From: an uncultured Gammaproteobacteria bacterium
GTDB taxonomy: Bacteria > Pseudomonadota > Gammaproteobacteria > Magnimaribacterales > D2472
Direction: 5' to 3'
NCBI GenBank assembly: GCA_964444385.1
Contig: CAYUHD010000002.1
Location: 1-59,608, forward strand
DNA length: 59,608 nucleotides
This document shows, one piece after another, positions 1 through 8,969 of the stretch. The number at the start of each line of letters is the position of its first letter. The first letter of the stretch is position 1. Both the position numbers and the translations under genes were made by a program. Below the pieces are notes generated by a model. It worked only from the letters and a program-made list of their open reading frames with translations. It did not search any database and had not been told where the DNA came from.

Positions 1-910
1 AGGCCATTGTCTTCTCGGGATTGCCAATGTCCTCCGCGTCAACCAGTCGAGGCTCTTTGTCTTCGTAATATCCCCATTCAAGCATCCCCCCATGGAGCCT
101 GCCTGTATCCCTGACATATGCTGAATTACCTTGATCTCGAAGCAGTGGATAGACGAGAAAATCCTCCGCTCCTTGGGCTTGGGGGAGTGGACCAAAAAAT
201 AATAAAGGGTGTTCTACTGGGGAGAGTGGGACTGGAACGCCAGCCATCCCCCCTATTAAAGGTCCCCAGATTCCAGATGCAATTACAACTCTGTCGGTTT
301 TGATTGTTCCTTTATCCGTTTTTACTCCAGTAACACATCCATTTTCAATTTCAAAGCCTACAGCTGGTGTGTCAGTGTATGTAGTCAGAGCACCTTTCTC
401 TTTGGCACTTTCTACGGCAAAGCTCACCACATCCTGTGAGCGGGGAACTACTAAACCGGCATCTGGATCCCACATGGCGCCGCGTATTGATTCTTCATCT
501 AATAAAGGAAATTTTTCTTTGGCCTCGGAGGCGGAAATTAGGCTGATATTAGTTCCAAAGGCTTTACCTGATGCGACCTTTCGCTTGAGTTCCTCCCAAC
601 GTGCGTCGTCGTCTTTGCGACAGATTTCTAGACCTCCTTTTTTTAGGAAGAAGCCATTGTCTTCGTAAAACTTTCTGCTAAAGGCGGTCGTCCAACAACC
701 CAGTTTGTCATGAGTTGTGTTGTAGACAAAATCCGATGCGTGTGCGGTGGATGCTATATCTGAAGGAATTATAGTAGATTTTTCTAACCCTACTATGTTT
801 TTTTGACCAAGTTCTGTAAGCCAGTATGCGAGCATTGATCCGACGATGCCACCGACGCCAACTATGACAACTTCTGCATCTATAGGGAATTTAGAGGCTT
901 GTTTTTCCAT
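1..910 (-). CDS. FAD-dependent oxidoreductase, DAO family (sarcosine/dimethylglycine dehydrogenase-like), N-terminal ~303 aa; 3' end off the left edge
   Basis: Absent from the ORF track because it runs off the window. My reverse-strand translation from the ATG (complement of 908-910) reads MEKQASKFPIDAEVVIVGVGGIVGSMLAYWLTELGQKNIVGLEKS... It has a GxGxxG Rossmann FAD motif and stays open to nt 1. GGGA lies about 10 nt upstream of the start. Confidence 0.75.
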   Translation of the reverse strand, partial: MEKQASKFPIDAEVVIVGVGGIVGSMLAYWLTELGQKNIVGLEKSTIIPSDIASTAHASDFVYNTTHDKLGCWTTAFSRKFYEDNGFFLKKGGLEICRKDDDARWEELKRKVASGKAFGTNISLISASEAKEKFPLLDEESIRGAMWDPDAGLVVPRSQDVVSFAVESAKEKGALTTYTDTPAVGFEIENGCVTGVKTDKGTIKTDRVVIASGIWGPLIGGMAGVPVPLSPVEHPLLFFGPLPQAQGAEDFLVYPLLRDQGNSAYVRDTGRLHGGMLEWGYYEDKEPRLVDAEDIGNPEKTMA

Positions 911-923
911 TGACAGTTTCCCA

Positions 924-959
924 TATCACCAATAATATTTTTATAAACTTTTGGTGATA
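924..959. promoter_or_regulatory. Perfect 9-bp inverted repeat TATCACCAA-N18-TTGGTGATA in a divergent promoter region; candidate operator or 5'-UTR hairpin
   Basis: Read directly: 924-932 is the reverse complement of 951-959. It sits 14 nt upstream of the minus-strand start at 910, in the 184-bp gap before the 1095 gene. Confidence 0.3.
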
Positions 960-1094
960 ATAATCCTTGTCGATATAACTGTCCAATAATTTTTTTTATA
1001 TATTTTATATAAGTCTAATCGCAAGAATTTTTATAATTTACTTCAAACTTTATACACTTTATTATTTAGTTCTCTGCAACTTAATAACTAACTA

Positions 1095-2282
1095 ATGCAA
1101 AAAGATATTGATATTATTATTTACGGAGCCACAGGCTTTACAGGGCAGCTTTGTGTTAAATATTTTCAGTCATTAAATACGAAGGTTAGGTGGGTGATTG
1201 GTGGAAGAAATCTAGAAAAACTTCAAAAAGTTGCTGAAGAAAATCAAGCACAAGTTGAGATCTTAATAGCTGATTCAGATGATGAGCAGGCATTAGATAA
1301 TTTAACTTCTAGAGCGAAGGTTATTTTATCTACCGCTGGACCTTTTCATAGATATGGCTCCAAACTAGTTGCATCATGCATTAAGAACAGCACTCATTAT
1401 GTAGATATTACAGGTGAAAACTTTTGGGTTAAGAGTTTAATAGAGAAGCATCATGCTGATGCATCAAGAAAAGGCATTAGAATAATTCCTTCTTGCGGAT
1501 TTGATTCAATTCCTTCTGATTTAGGAGCCTTCTTTGCAGCAAAAAGCTTAGCTAAATCCATCAAAAGAATTGAATCATTTCATTCATATCAAGGCGGCGC
1601 ATCTGGCGGAACTCTTGAGACAATGTTTTCTATGGGGGAGCTAGATCTTGGAGATGATCTCACGGATCCGTTTTTGCTTAACCCAAAAGATTCTTATTCT
1701 GATGAACAAAAGAAAAAAAGTAGTGACAGGGTTGGTCTTGCAAAGAAAACTGAAATTAATGCTTGGTCAGGGCCTTTTATTATGGCTATTGCAAATACAA
1801 GAGTAGTTAGGAGAACAGAAGCTTTGTTAGCATTAAGACAAGAATCTTATGGTTCTAACTTCACATATCAAGAGCATGCTTTTCATAAGAGTTGGTTCAG
1901 TGCAGCCAAATCACTTGTTCTTACTGGAATATCTGTCTTAATACTTTTATCTCCATTGAAGAGATTGGTAAAACCTTTTTTACCCAAGCCAGGAGAAGGA
2001 CCCTCAGAGGAAGTTCAAGAGAATGGATGGTTTGATTGCAAGTTCATTGTTGAAACAGAAGATGGTTTGAAATCAGTTTTCAATATGAATGGCAAAGGAG
2101 ATCCAGGCTATAAAGTAACTTCAAAGTTAGTCTCAGAATGTGCGCTATGTTTAGTTGAGGATGCAGAGAGTCTTCCTGGTGGTTTAGAATATGGTGGAGT
2201 TTTAACTTCAGCTTCTGGTTTGGGGCATTCACTGATATCCAGACTAAGTAAAGTTGGGATTAATTTTGGAGGACCGGTTTAA
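1095..2282 (+). CDS. Saccharopine dehydrogenase-like NAD(P)-binding oxidoreductase (SCCPDH / trans-acting enoyl reductase-like)
   Basis: 395 aa. N-terminal IIIYGATGFTGQL Rossmann motif and overall resemblance to the SCCPDH-like family. Confidence 0.7.
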   Translation: MQKDIDIIIYGATGFTGQLCVKYFQSLNTKVRWVIGGRNLEKLQKVAEENQAQVEILIADSDDEQALDNLTSRAKVILSTAGPFHRYGSKLVASCIKNSTHYVDITGENFWVKSLIEKHHADASRKGIRIIPSCGFDSIPSDLGAFFAAKSLAKSIKRIESFHSYQGGASGGTLETMFSMGELDLGDDLTDPFLLNPKDSYSDEQKKKSSDRVGLAKKTEINAWSGPFIMAIANTRVVRRTEALLALRQESYGSNFTYQEHAFHKSWFSAAKSLVLTGISVLILLSPLKRLVKPFLPKPGEGPSEEVQENGWFDCKFIVETEDGLKSVFNMNGKGDPGYKVTSKLVSECALCLVEDAESLPGGLEYGGVLTSASGLGHSLISRLSKVGINFGGPV

Positions 2283-2331
2283 ATTTTTGCTAGAAAGTTA
2301 AAATTAGGAATTACAAACTGAAATAATTAAA

Positions 2332-4017
2332 ATGATATTAAGTAATAAAAATAGGATTCAAGATTTTACTAATCGGGGTTGGTGGGGCAATGACACCCTT
2401 TATTCTTTATTTCAAGATGCATTTTCTTCATGTGCAGATAAAGAGGCCCTTGTTGATCCGGAAAATCGATTAAACATTACAGGAGACTCTCCAAAAAGAT
2501 TAACCTACCATGAGATTAATGAAACAGTTGAGCGATATGCAAGTATTTTCTATGAGCAGGGCTTAAGAAAAGACGACATTGTAATTATCCAACTTCCAAA
2601 TGTTGTTGAATTACCCATGGTATATCTAGGATTATCAAAACTTGGGATTATATCTTCTCCCATTCCAATGCAATATGGAGCGTATGAAATTACCAGTATT
2701 ATTGCTGAGATAGATCCTAAGGCTTTTATAAGCATTCAAACTTTTAATGGCAATGCTCATGCTGAACAATTTTCTTCTATTTTTGCAAGTGGCGAGTTTA
2801 AATTTTCTTTGGGTGAGATTAATGATTTTATCAATCTTTATGATTGCAATCCTTCGATTGATTCATATCAAAGTCAACAATCCTATGCAAAAGATAATCC
2901 CATCACCGCAAATGATATTTTTACTATCTGCTGGACTTCAGGGACAACCGGAACACCAAAAGGTGTTCCTCGAAGCCATAACCTTTGGTTGCCTATGGCG
3001 AAAGCAGCTGCTTTCGTATCCGAGACTGAGAAGGGAGATACATTACTTAACCCTTTTCCAATGATCAATATGGCGAGCATTGGGGGATTTTTATTTAATT
3101 GGTTGCTATGTAAAGGAAAGCTTGTTCAGCATCATCCTTTTGATCTTAATGTTTTTTTGGCTCAAATTTCTAATGAAGAAGTTAAATATACCATTGCGCC
3201 TCCTGCAATTATGAACATGCTTTTAAATAATCCAGCTATCCTTGATCAGCAGGATTTAACTAGCTTGAGAAGCATAGGTTGTGGCGGGGCTCCATTATCA
3301 GAGTGGATGGTTGAGTCTTTTCAGAATAAATATAATTTAACTGTTCAAAATATTTTTGGATCCAATGAAGGCGCAACACTCCTAAGTTCCCGTAACGAAA
3401 TTGAAGATCCACATTTAAGAGCTAAGTATTTTCCTCGTTTTGGTGTAGAAGGCCTTGATTGGAGTAATCCAGTTTCAAAATTAGTAAAAACAAAATTGGT
3501 TAGTGTTGAAACTAATGAAGAAATTAATGAGCCCAATCAACCAGGAGAGCTTCTGATCTCTGGTGCCACAGTGTTTGATGGCTACTGGAATGCTCCTGAA
3601 GCAAACTCAGAGGTATTTGACAAGGATGGCTTCTTCAAGACCGGCGATTTATTTGAGATTTCTCCAGAGGCCACCAAAAAGAAATATTATAAATTTTGCG
3701 GAAGATGCAAAGATCTTATTATCCGAGGGGGAATGAATATTTCTCCTGAAGAGCTGGATAATCTTCTTAGTTCACATCCAAAAATGTTGGAGGTTGCTGT
3801 GACTGGCTACGATGATGAAATTTTAGGTGAAAAAGTAGGGGTTGTAGCAGTAGTCGCAGAAGGTGAAACTGTGTCTTTAGAAGAGATTATAGATTTCCTT
3901 AAAGATAAACAAATTGCAAAATACAAAATGCCTGAGAATTTAAGGGTTATAGATGTATTGCCAAAGAATCCTGTGGGTAAAGTTTTAAGACGTGAACTAA
4001 AAGATTTATTTAATTAG
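2332..4017 (+). CDS. Acyl-CoA synthetase / AMP-dependent ligase (adenylate-forming superfamily)
   Basis: 561 aa. Has the TSGTTGTPKG AMP-binding motif, GDL...KDLIIRGGMNISPEELD and a C-terminal GK motif. Confidence 0.9.
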   Translation: MILSNKNRIQDFTNRGWWGNDTLYSLFQDAFSSCADKEALVDPENRLNITGDSPKRLTYHEINETVERYASIFYEQGLRKDDIVIIQLPNVVELPMVYLGLSKLGIISSPIPMQYGAYEITSIIAEIDPKAFISIQTFNGNAHAEQFSSIFASGEFKFSLGEINDFINLYDCNPSIDSYQSQQSYAKDNPITANDIFTICWTSGTTGTPKGVPRSHNLWLPMAKAAAFVSETEKGDTLLNPFPMINMASIGGFLFNWLLCKGKLVQHHPFDLNVFLAQISNEEVKYTIAPPAIMNMLLNNPAILDQQDLTSLRSIGCGGAPLSEWMVESFQNKYNLTVQNIFGSNEGATLLSSRNEIEDPHLRAKYFPRFGVEGLDWSNPVSKLVKTKLVSVETNEEINEPNQPGELLISGATVFDGYWNAPEANSEVFDKDGFFKTGDLFEISPEATKKKYYKFCGRCKDLIIRGGMNISPEELDNLLSSHPKMLEVAVTGYDDEILGEKVGVVAVVAEGETVSLEEIIDFLKDKQIAKYKMPENLRVIDVLPKNPVGKVLRRELKDLFN

Positions 4018-5249
4018 AAAGTTCCAACTACAAAACTAACAACTGTTGTGGCGCTGCCGCCGATATTAAGAGTTGAAATATTCTTTGCATTTTCAATTTG
4101 ATAGTCACCAGCACTATCAGTGCACTGTTTATAGCAATCAAGTAGCATCCTGACACCAGTAGCACCAACCGGATGCCCTAAACCAATTAGACCGCCACTT
4201 GCATTGATTGGAATTTTCCCGCCAATCTCTATTTCGCCAGATTCTATTGCCTTCCAGCTCTCACCAGGCTTTGTAATGCCGAAATGATCAATAGCCATAT
4301 ATTCAGTTGATGTAAAGCAGTCATGAGTCTCGATACCATCGATATCAGCCACACCTTGCATCTGAGCCCTTGTAAAAGCATCATCTATAGCTTTTTTTAC
4401 ATGCGGAAAGACATAATCTTTATTCTGACTAAAATCGATTTTTTCTTGATATGTAATAGGACCTGTTTGATGGCCCCAACCTTTAATATAAGGAATTGAA
4501 TCAATATCTATTGATCTTGCTTCTGCGTACTCTTTAGCTTTTTTCTCACTTGCGAGGAAGATAATAGCTGCGCCATCAGTTACCTGACCACAATCCATTT
4601 TTCTAGTTCTTCCTTCAATGACTGGATTTGCATTATCAGATCTGGTGAAAGTATCTGATTCAAAAGTCCATCTCCTGGTTTGAGAGTTTGGATTTTTTTT
4701 AGCATTCCCAAAGTTTATTTCTGAAATTTTTGAGAGATGATCTTCATTGATGCCATATCTTTTGTCATATTCATTGGTAAGCTCACTGAACATATAAGGC
4801 CAAGGGTATTGAACACCTTGGCATTCAAAACCAGATCGCATGGCAGGACCCCCAATATTTTGAGCTGCCTGTTCTCCTGGAACATTTCTCATCTGTTCGA
4901 TTCCCATAACTGCAGCAAGCTCGTATCTTCCACATTCAATCTCAGCACAGGCTGCTAGAGTTGCAATGCTGCCTGAGGCACAGGCTGCTTCATGTCTTGA
5001 AGATGGGAGCCCAAAAAAGTCAGGATGTGAAGAAACAAAAAATCCACCTAAATGACCTTGGTTGCAAAATAATTCTGCAGTGAAATTGCCAACATGCGCA
5101 ACATCAATATCTTTCGGCTCTAAATCTACAATGTTTAACCCCTTAGAGATTGTATCTTTGAAAACATCCAAGAGATCTAATTCATTTCTATACCAATTCT
5201 GAGCAAAGTCAGATTGATAGCCTCCTAATATGTATACATGTTCTTGCAT
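4014..5249 (-). CDS. SCP2/SCPx-type thiolase (lipid-transfer-protein-like thiolase)
   Basis: 411 aa. Nucleophile context EAACASGS, HDCF fingerprint (ETHDCFTS) in place of NEAF, GHPVGATG, and no C-terminal CxG cysteine (NIGGSATT). This combination is typical of SCP2-type thiolases. Confidence 0.8.
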   Translation of the reverse strand: MQEHVYILGGYQSDFAQNWYRNELDLLDVFKDTISKGLNIVDLEPKDIDVAHVGNFTAELFCNQGHLGGFFVSSHPDFFGLPSSRHEAACASGSIATLAACAEIECGRYELAAVMGIEQMRNVPGEQAAQNIGGPAMRSGFECQGVQYPWPYMFSELTNEYDKRYGINEDHLSKISEINFGNAKKNPNSQTRRWTFESDTFTRSDNANPVIEGRTRKMDCGQVTDGAAIIFLASEKKAKEYAEARSIDIDSIPYIKGWGHQTGPITYQEKIDFSQNKDYVFPHVKKAIDDAFTRAQMQGVADIDGIETHDCFTSTEYMAIDHFGITKPGESWKAIESGEIEIGGKIPINASGGLIGLGHPVGATGVRMLLDCYKQCTDSAGDYQIENAKNISTLNIGGSATTVVSFVVGTF

Positions 5250-5352
5250 AATTTAATTATATGCATGATTGCACTACATTCAAAAGAAAAACCTTAGCGA
5301 GTAAAAATATAAAAGTTGTACTAAACTTAAAAAAAGATTTTTTAATCATTGT

Positions 5353-6255
5353 ATGCAAAAAAATAATTTAATTAATCAATTGAGATTGCCAGTAATTGTT
5401 GCCCCGATGTTTTTGGTCTCTAGCCCAGACTTAGTTATTGCAAGCAGTAATTCTGGTTTAATCGGATCATTCCCTGGGCCAAATGCTAGAACAGCTGAAG
5501 AGCTTGAAACTTGGATGCAGAAAATTAATAGCTCTACATCAAATCCCTGGGCATTTAACATGATTACCCATAAGACTTATGATAGGTTTAAGGAAGAATT
5601 AGAGTTAATAAAAGAGTTTCAACCTGTAATTGTGATAACTGCATTAGGCAGTCCAGAGAAAGTGATCGAAACAGTGCATAGTTACGGAGGTAAAGTTATA
5701 GCTGATGTAAATAGCATTGATTTTGCTCGACGCTGTGCTGAGATGAATGTTGATGGAATGGCACTCATCTGTCACGGGGCAGGAGGCCACACTGGTAACC
5801 TTTCTCCATTTTCATTTACCTCTTACGTAAGAGAGTTTTTTGATGGGATGATTGTTTTAGCGGGGTCAATTTCTACTGGCAAACATATCAGAGCTGCGCA
5901 ACTGTTAAGTGCCGATCTTTGTTATATGGGAACAAGGTTTATTTCAGCAAAAGAGAGCAATGCAGTTGATGAATATAAATCTATGATTATTAAATCAAAT
6001 TACAATGATCTGAGAATGACAAATCATTTTACTGGAGCGCAAGCTTATTATATGAAGGATAGTATTATTAAAAATAACTTAGATCCTGATAATTTGGGTT
6101 CAAATTCAGGTGGTTTTAATGTTTCAGCCTCCCAAGATAAGATCAAGGCTTGGAAGGATATCTGGTCAGCTGGGCAAGGTGTTGGTTTAATTAAAAAAAT
6201 AGAAAGCGTAGAATCTATAGTTCAAGAGCTTGAACATGAGTTCTTGGAGGGGTAG
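5353..6255 (+). CDS. Nitronate monooxygenase / FabK-like FMN oxidoreductase family protein
   Basis: 300 aa. N-terminal LPVIVAPMFLVSSPDLVIASSNSGLIGSFPG and HGAGGHTG motifs are typical of the NMO (2-nitropropane dioxygenase) family. Confidence 0.8.
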   Translation: MQKNNLINQLRLPVIVAPMFLVSSPDLVIASSNSGLIGSFPGPNARTAEELETWMQKINSSTSNPWAFNMITHKTYDRFKEELELIKEFQPVIVITALGSPEKVIETVHSYGGKVIADVNSIDFARRCAEMNVDGMALICHGAGGHTGNLSPFSFTSYVREFFDGMIVLAGSISTGKHIRAAQLLSADLCYMGTRFISAKESNAVDEYKSMIIKSNYNDLRMTNHFTGAQAYYMKDSIIKNNLDPDNLGSNSGGFNVSASQDKIKAWKDIWSAGQGVGLIKKIESVESIVQELEHEFLEG

Positions 6256-6258
6256 AAC

Positions 6259-7716
6259 ATGGAAATTAAAAAAACAAATACTATTAAATCGACAATCAAA
6301 ACGCATGATCATCCTTACCTTAAAGATGCCTGGATTCCAAACTATGATGAGTTTGAGGTCATGGATTTGCAGGCTATGGGCGATATCCCAAAGGACATTG
6401 AAGGGGCCTACTTTAGAAATACAGAAAACCAAGTCCATGAACCGATAGGGCGCTTTCATCCTTTTGACGGAGATGGAATGATCCACTCAATTAATTTTGA
6501 TAATGGAAAAGCAAACTACGTAAATAAATTTGTTCGAACTGAAGGATTTTTAGTCGAACAAGAGATGGAAAAATCAATGTGGGCTGGCCTCATGGAAAGG
6601 ACTGGCTCTTCTTTGCTTCCAGGCTGGGGAGCACAAGGCGGAATTAAGGATTCCTCCTCAACTGACATAACTGTACATGGAGGAGAGGCGCTTTCAACTT
6701 TTTATCAATGTGGAGAAGGGTATCAGTTAGATCCATATACATTAGAAACCCTAAATAAAGCATCATGGGTGCCTGCAGGAGGCTTATCTGCTCACCCAAA
6801 AGTTGATCTTGCAACAGGCGAACTGATGTTTTTTAATTATTCAAAACAAGCTCCATTTCTAAATTATGGCGTAGTTGATAAAAACCAAAATCTTAAACAT
6901 TTTATTCCTGTAGAACTGCCCGGCCCAAGGCTTCCTCATGATATGGCTTTTAGCAAAAACTATTCTATTATTAATGACTTGCCTCTTTTTTGGGATCAGG
7001 AGTTGCTTAAGAGGGGAATCCATGCAACAAAACTTCATGATTTACCCTCAAGATTTGCAGTAATTCCAAGGTATGGAAATCCAAAAGATATTCAATGGTT
7101 TGAAGCTGATCCAACATATGTGCTTCATTGGAATAATGCATATGAGGCGGGTGATGAATTGATTTTAGAAGGATATTTTCAAGAACACCCATGGCCAGAA
7201 AATTATGTAGATGCTCCTCCAGGCCTAGAGCGCATGATGGCATTTTTAGATTTCTCTCTATTAAAACCAAGGTTGCACAGGTGGAAATTTAACTTAAAAA
7301 CAGGAGCAGCAACTGAAGAAGATATTTGTAATGAAACAATAGAGTTTGGAGTTATTAATCAGCATGTTGCTGGTATTAAGCATCGATTTACTTACAGCAT
7401 GATCCCAACCAAGGGACATTTTACTTTTGACGGAATTACTAAACACGATCATCAAAATAATTCTTTAAGTAAATATGTGTCTCCTGATCATATTTTTATT
7501 AGTGAAGTAAGTTTTGCACCAAAATCAGGCTCAGTTGATGAGGATGATGGATATCTAATAACAATTAGTAATGACGTGTCTGAAAAAAGTTCTTCCTGTT
7601 TATTGTTTGATGCTCGAAATATTGAGCAAGGACCTGTTTGCGAAATACCTTTACCACATCATATTTGTTCCGGCACCCATGCTACTTGGGCTCAAAAAAA
7701 CGATCTAAAAAAGTAA
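6259..7716 (+). CDS. Carotenoid oxygenase family non-heme iron dioxygenase (CCO / lignostilbene dioxygenase-like)
   Basis: 485 aa. Has the FHPFDGDGMIH motif and all four iron-ligand His contexts (SAHPKVD, LPHDMAFS, VLHWNNAYE, SGTHATW). GGAGGGG SD upstream; 3-nt gap from the preceding gene. Confidence 0.85.
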   Translation: MEIKKTNTIKSTIKTHDHPYLKDAWIPNYDEFEVMDLQAMGDIPKDIEGAYFRNTENQVHEPIGRFHPFDGDGMIHSINFDNGKANYVNKFVRTEGFLVEQEMEKSMWAGLMERTGSSLLPGWGAQGGIKDSSSTDITVHGGEALSTFYQCGEGYQLDPYTLETLNKASWVPAGGLSAHPKVDLATGELMFFNYSKQAPFLNYGVVDKNQNLKHFIPVELPGPRLPHDMAFSKNYSIINDLPLFWDQELLKRGIHATKLHDLPSRFAVIPRYGNPKDIQWFEADPTYVLHWNNAYEAGDELILEGYFQEHPWPENYVDAPPGLERMMAFLDFSLLKPRLHRWKFNLKTGAATEEDICNETIEFGVINQHVAGIKHRFTYSMIPTKGHFTFDGITKHDHQNNSLSKYVSPDHIFISEVSFAPKSGSVDEDDGYLITISNDVSEKSSSCLLFDARNIEQGPVCEIPLPHHICSGTHATWAQKNDLKK

Positions 7717-7720
7717 ATCT

Positions 7721-8920
7721 ATGAATCCTGTTTACATTGTTGATTCAATTAGAACACCTAGAGCTCGAGCCAATAAAAAAGGCGGGCTTAATAAGCTTAA
7801 TCCATATGAATTATTGGATGTTTTGTATAAGGATATTGAGCAGAAAAATTTTTTAAATTTAAATTCTATTGATGAGGTGATATTAGGTTGCGTAACTCAA
7901 CATGGCGAGCAAGCTGGTAATATTGCTAAAAGTTCAGCTTTGTTCTCTGGGTATCCTGATTCAATATCAGGCCTTACTGTAAATAGGTTTTGTTCTTCAA
8001 GTTTGGATGCTATTAATTTTGGGCATTTAAAAATTCAATCTCAGCAAGCTGATAATGTAATTGCTGGAGGGGTGGAAATGATGTCTAGGGTGCCCATGCT
8101 CTCAGATGAAGCAGCAATTTGGAATGATATTGCATTGGCAGCTCAAGCAAAGATTTTTCTAATGGGAAGTGGAGCTGATCTGATAGCCAGCCTTTTCAAT
8201 ATTTCTAGAGATGATGTAGATATGCAAGCATTAAAGTCCCAGCAAAGAGCTGCAAATGCGCAAAAAAATAATCACTTTAAATCTATCATCCCAGTATTAA
8301 ATCAGAATAAATCAATTCGTTGTGTTGAGGATGAATGCATAAGGCCAGACACAACTATTGAAAGCTTATCCTCATTGGATCCAAGTTTTAAAAAATTAGG
8401 AGAGCAGGGCGTAGATCAAGCCCAGTTAAATTTTTTTCCTGATCTGAAAGAAATTTTACATGTACACACTGCAGGTAATTCTCCTGCAATGGCAGATGCG
8501 GCATCTATAACATTGCTCTCAAATAAAAAAATTCAGGAAAATGGGCAAAAGGCTCGAGCAAAGATTATTTCTGTTGCCACCGTAAATGATGATCCTTTGT
8601 TAGTTTTATCAGGCTGTATGTTAGCTACTCAAAAAATACTTGTACAAAATAATTTTCAAGTTTCTGATGTAGATTTATTTGAGATACATGAGGCCTTTGC
8701 CTCGACAATGATTCATTGCCAGCAAGATTTAAACTTAGATGATGAAAAATTAAACGTTAATGGTGGCTGCATTGCTCTTGGTCATCCTATGGGAGCAACT
8801 GGTTCCATCATGATGTCGACACTTATTGATGAGCTAGAAAGACAAGATCTAACAACTGGCATTGTTGCCACCAGCGGTGCAGCTGGAGCTGGAACAGCTA
8901 TATTAATTGAGAGGATATAA
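7721..8920 (+). CDS. Thiolase-family acetyl-CoA acyltransferase with non-canonical fingerprints
   Basis: 399 aa. CxS nucleophile (NRFCSSSLDA) and GHP (GGCIALGHPMGATG) are present. NEAF reads HEAF, and the C-terminal CxG cysteine is replaced (IVATSGAAGAG). Confidence 0.8.
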   Translation: MNPVYIVDSIRTPRARANKKGGLNKLNPYELLDVLYKDIEQKNFLNLNSIDEVILGCVTQHGEQAGNIAKSSALFSGYPDSISGLTVNRFCSSSLDAINFGHLKIQSQQADNVIAGGVEMMSRVPMLSDEAAIWNDIALAAQAKIFLMGSGADLIASLFNISRDDVDMQALKSQQRAANAQKNNHFKSIIPVLNQNKSIRCVEDECIRPDTTIESLSSLDPSFKKLGEQGVDQAQLNFFPDLKEILHVHTAGNSPAMADAASITLLSNKKIQENGQKARAKIISVATVNDDPLLVLSGCMLATQKILVQNNFQVSDVDLFEIHEAFASTMIHCQQDLNLDDEKLNVNGGCIALGHPMGATGSIMMSTLIDELERQDLTTGIVATSGAAGAGTAILIERI

Positions 8921-8921
8921 A

Positions 8922-8948
8922 AAAGCCCCACTATAAAAGCAGGGCTTT
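8922..8948 (-). terminator. Intrinsic terminator downstream of the TonB-dependent receptor gene
   Basis: On the minus strand it reads AAAGCCC-N13-GGGCTTT followed by TTTTTAT. It lies 21 nt after the stop at 8970. On the plus strand the U-tract is poor. Confidence 0.5.
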
Positions 8949-8969
8949 CAAGATCTTTATTTAACCAGA

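Noticed and set aside
118-668. Two plus-strand ORFs from the track (118-303 and 300-668).
   Set aside because: They lie entirely antisense to a continuous, motif-bearing minus-strand FAD-oxidoreductase frame (1-910) and have low-complexity, unrecognisable products. They are shadow ORFs.
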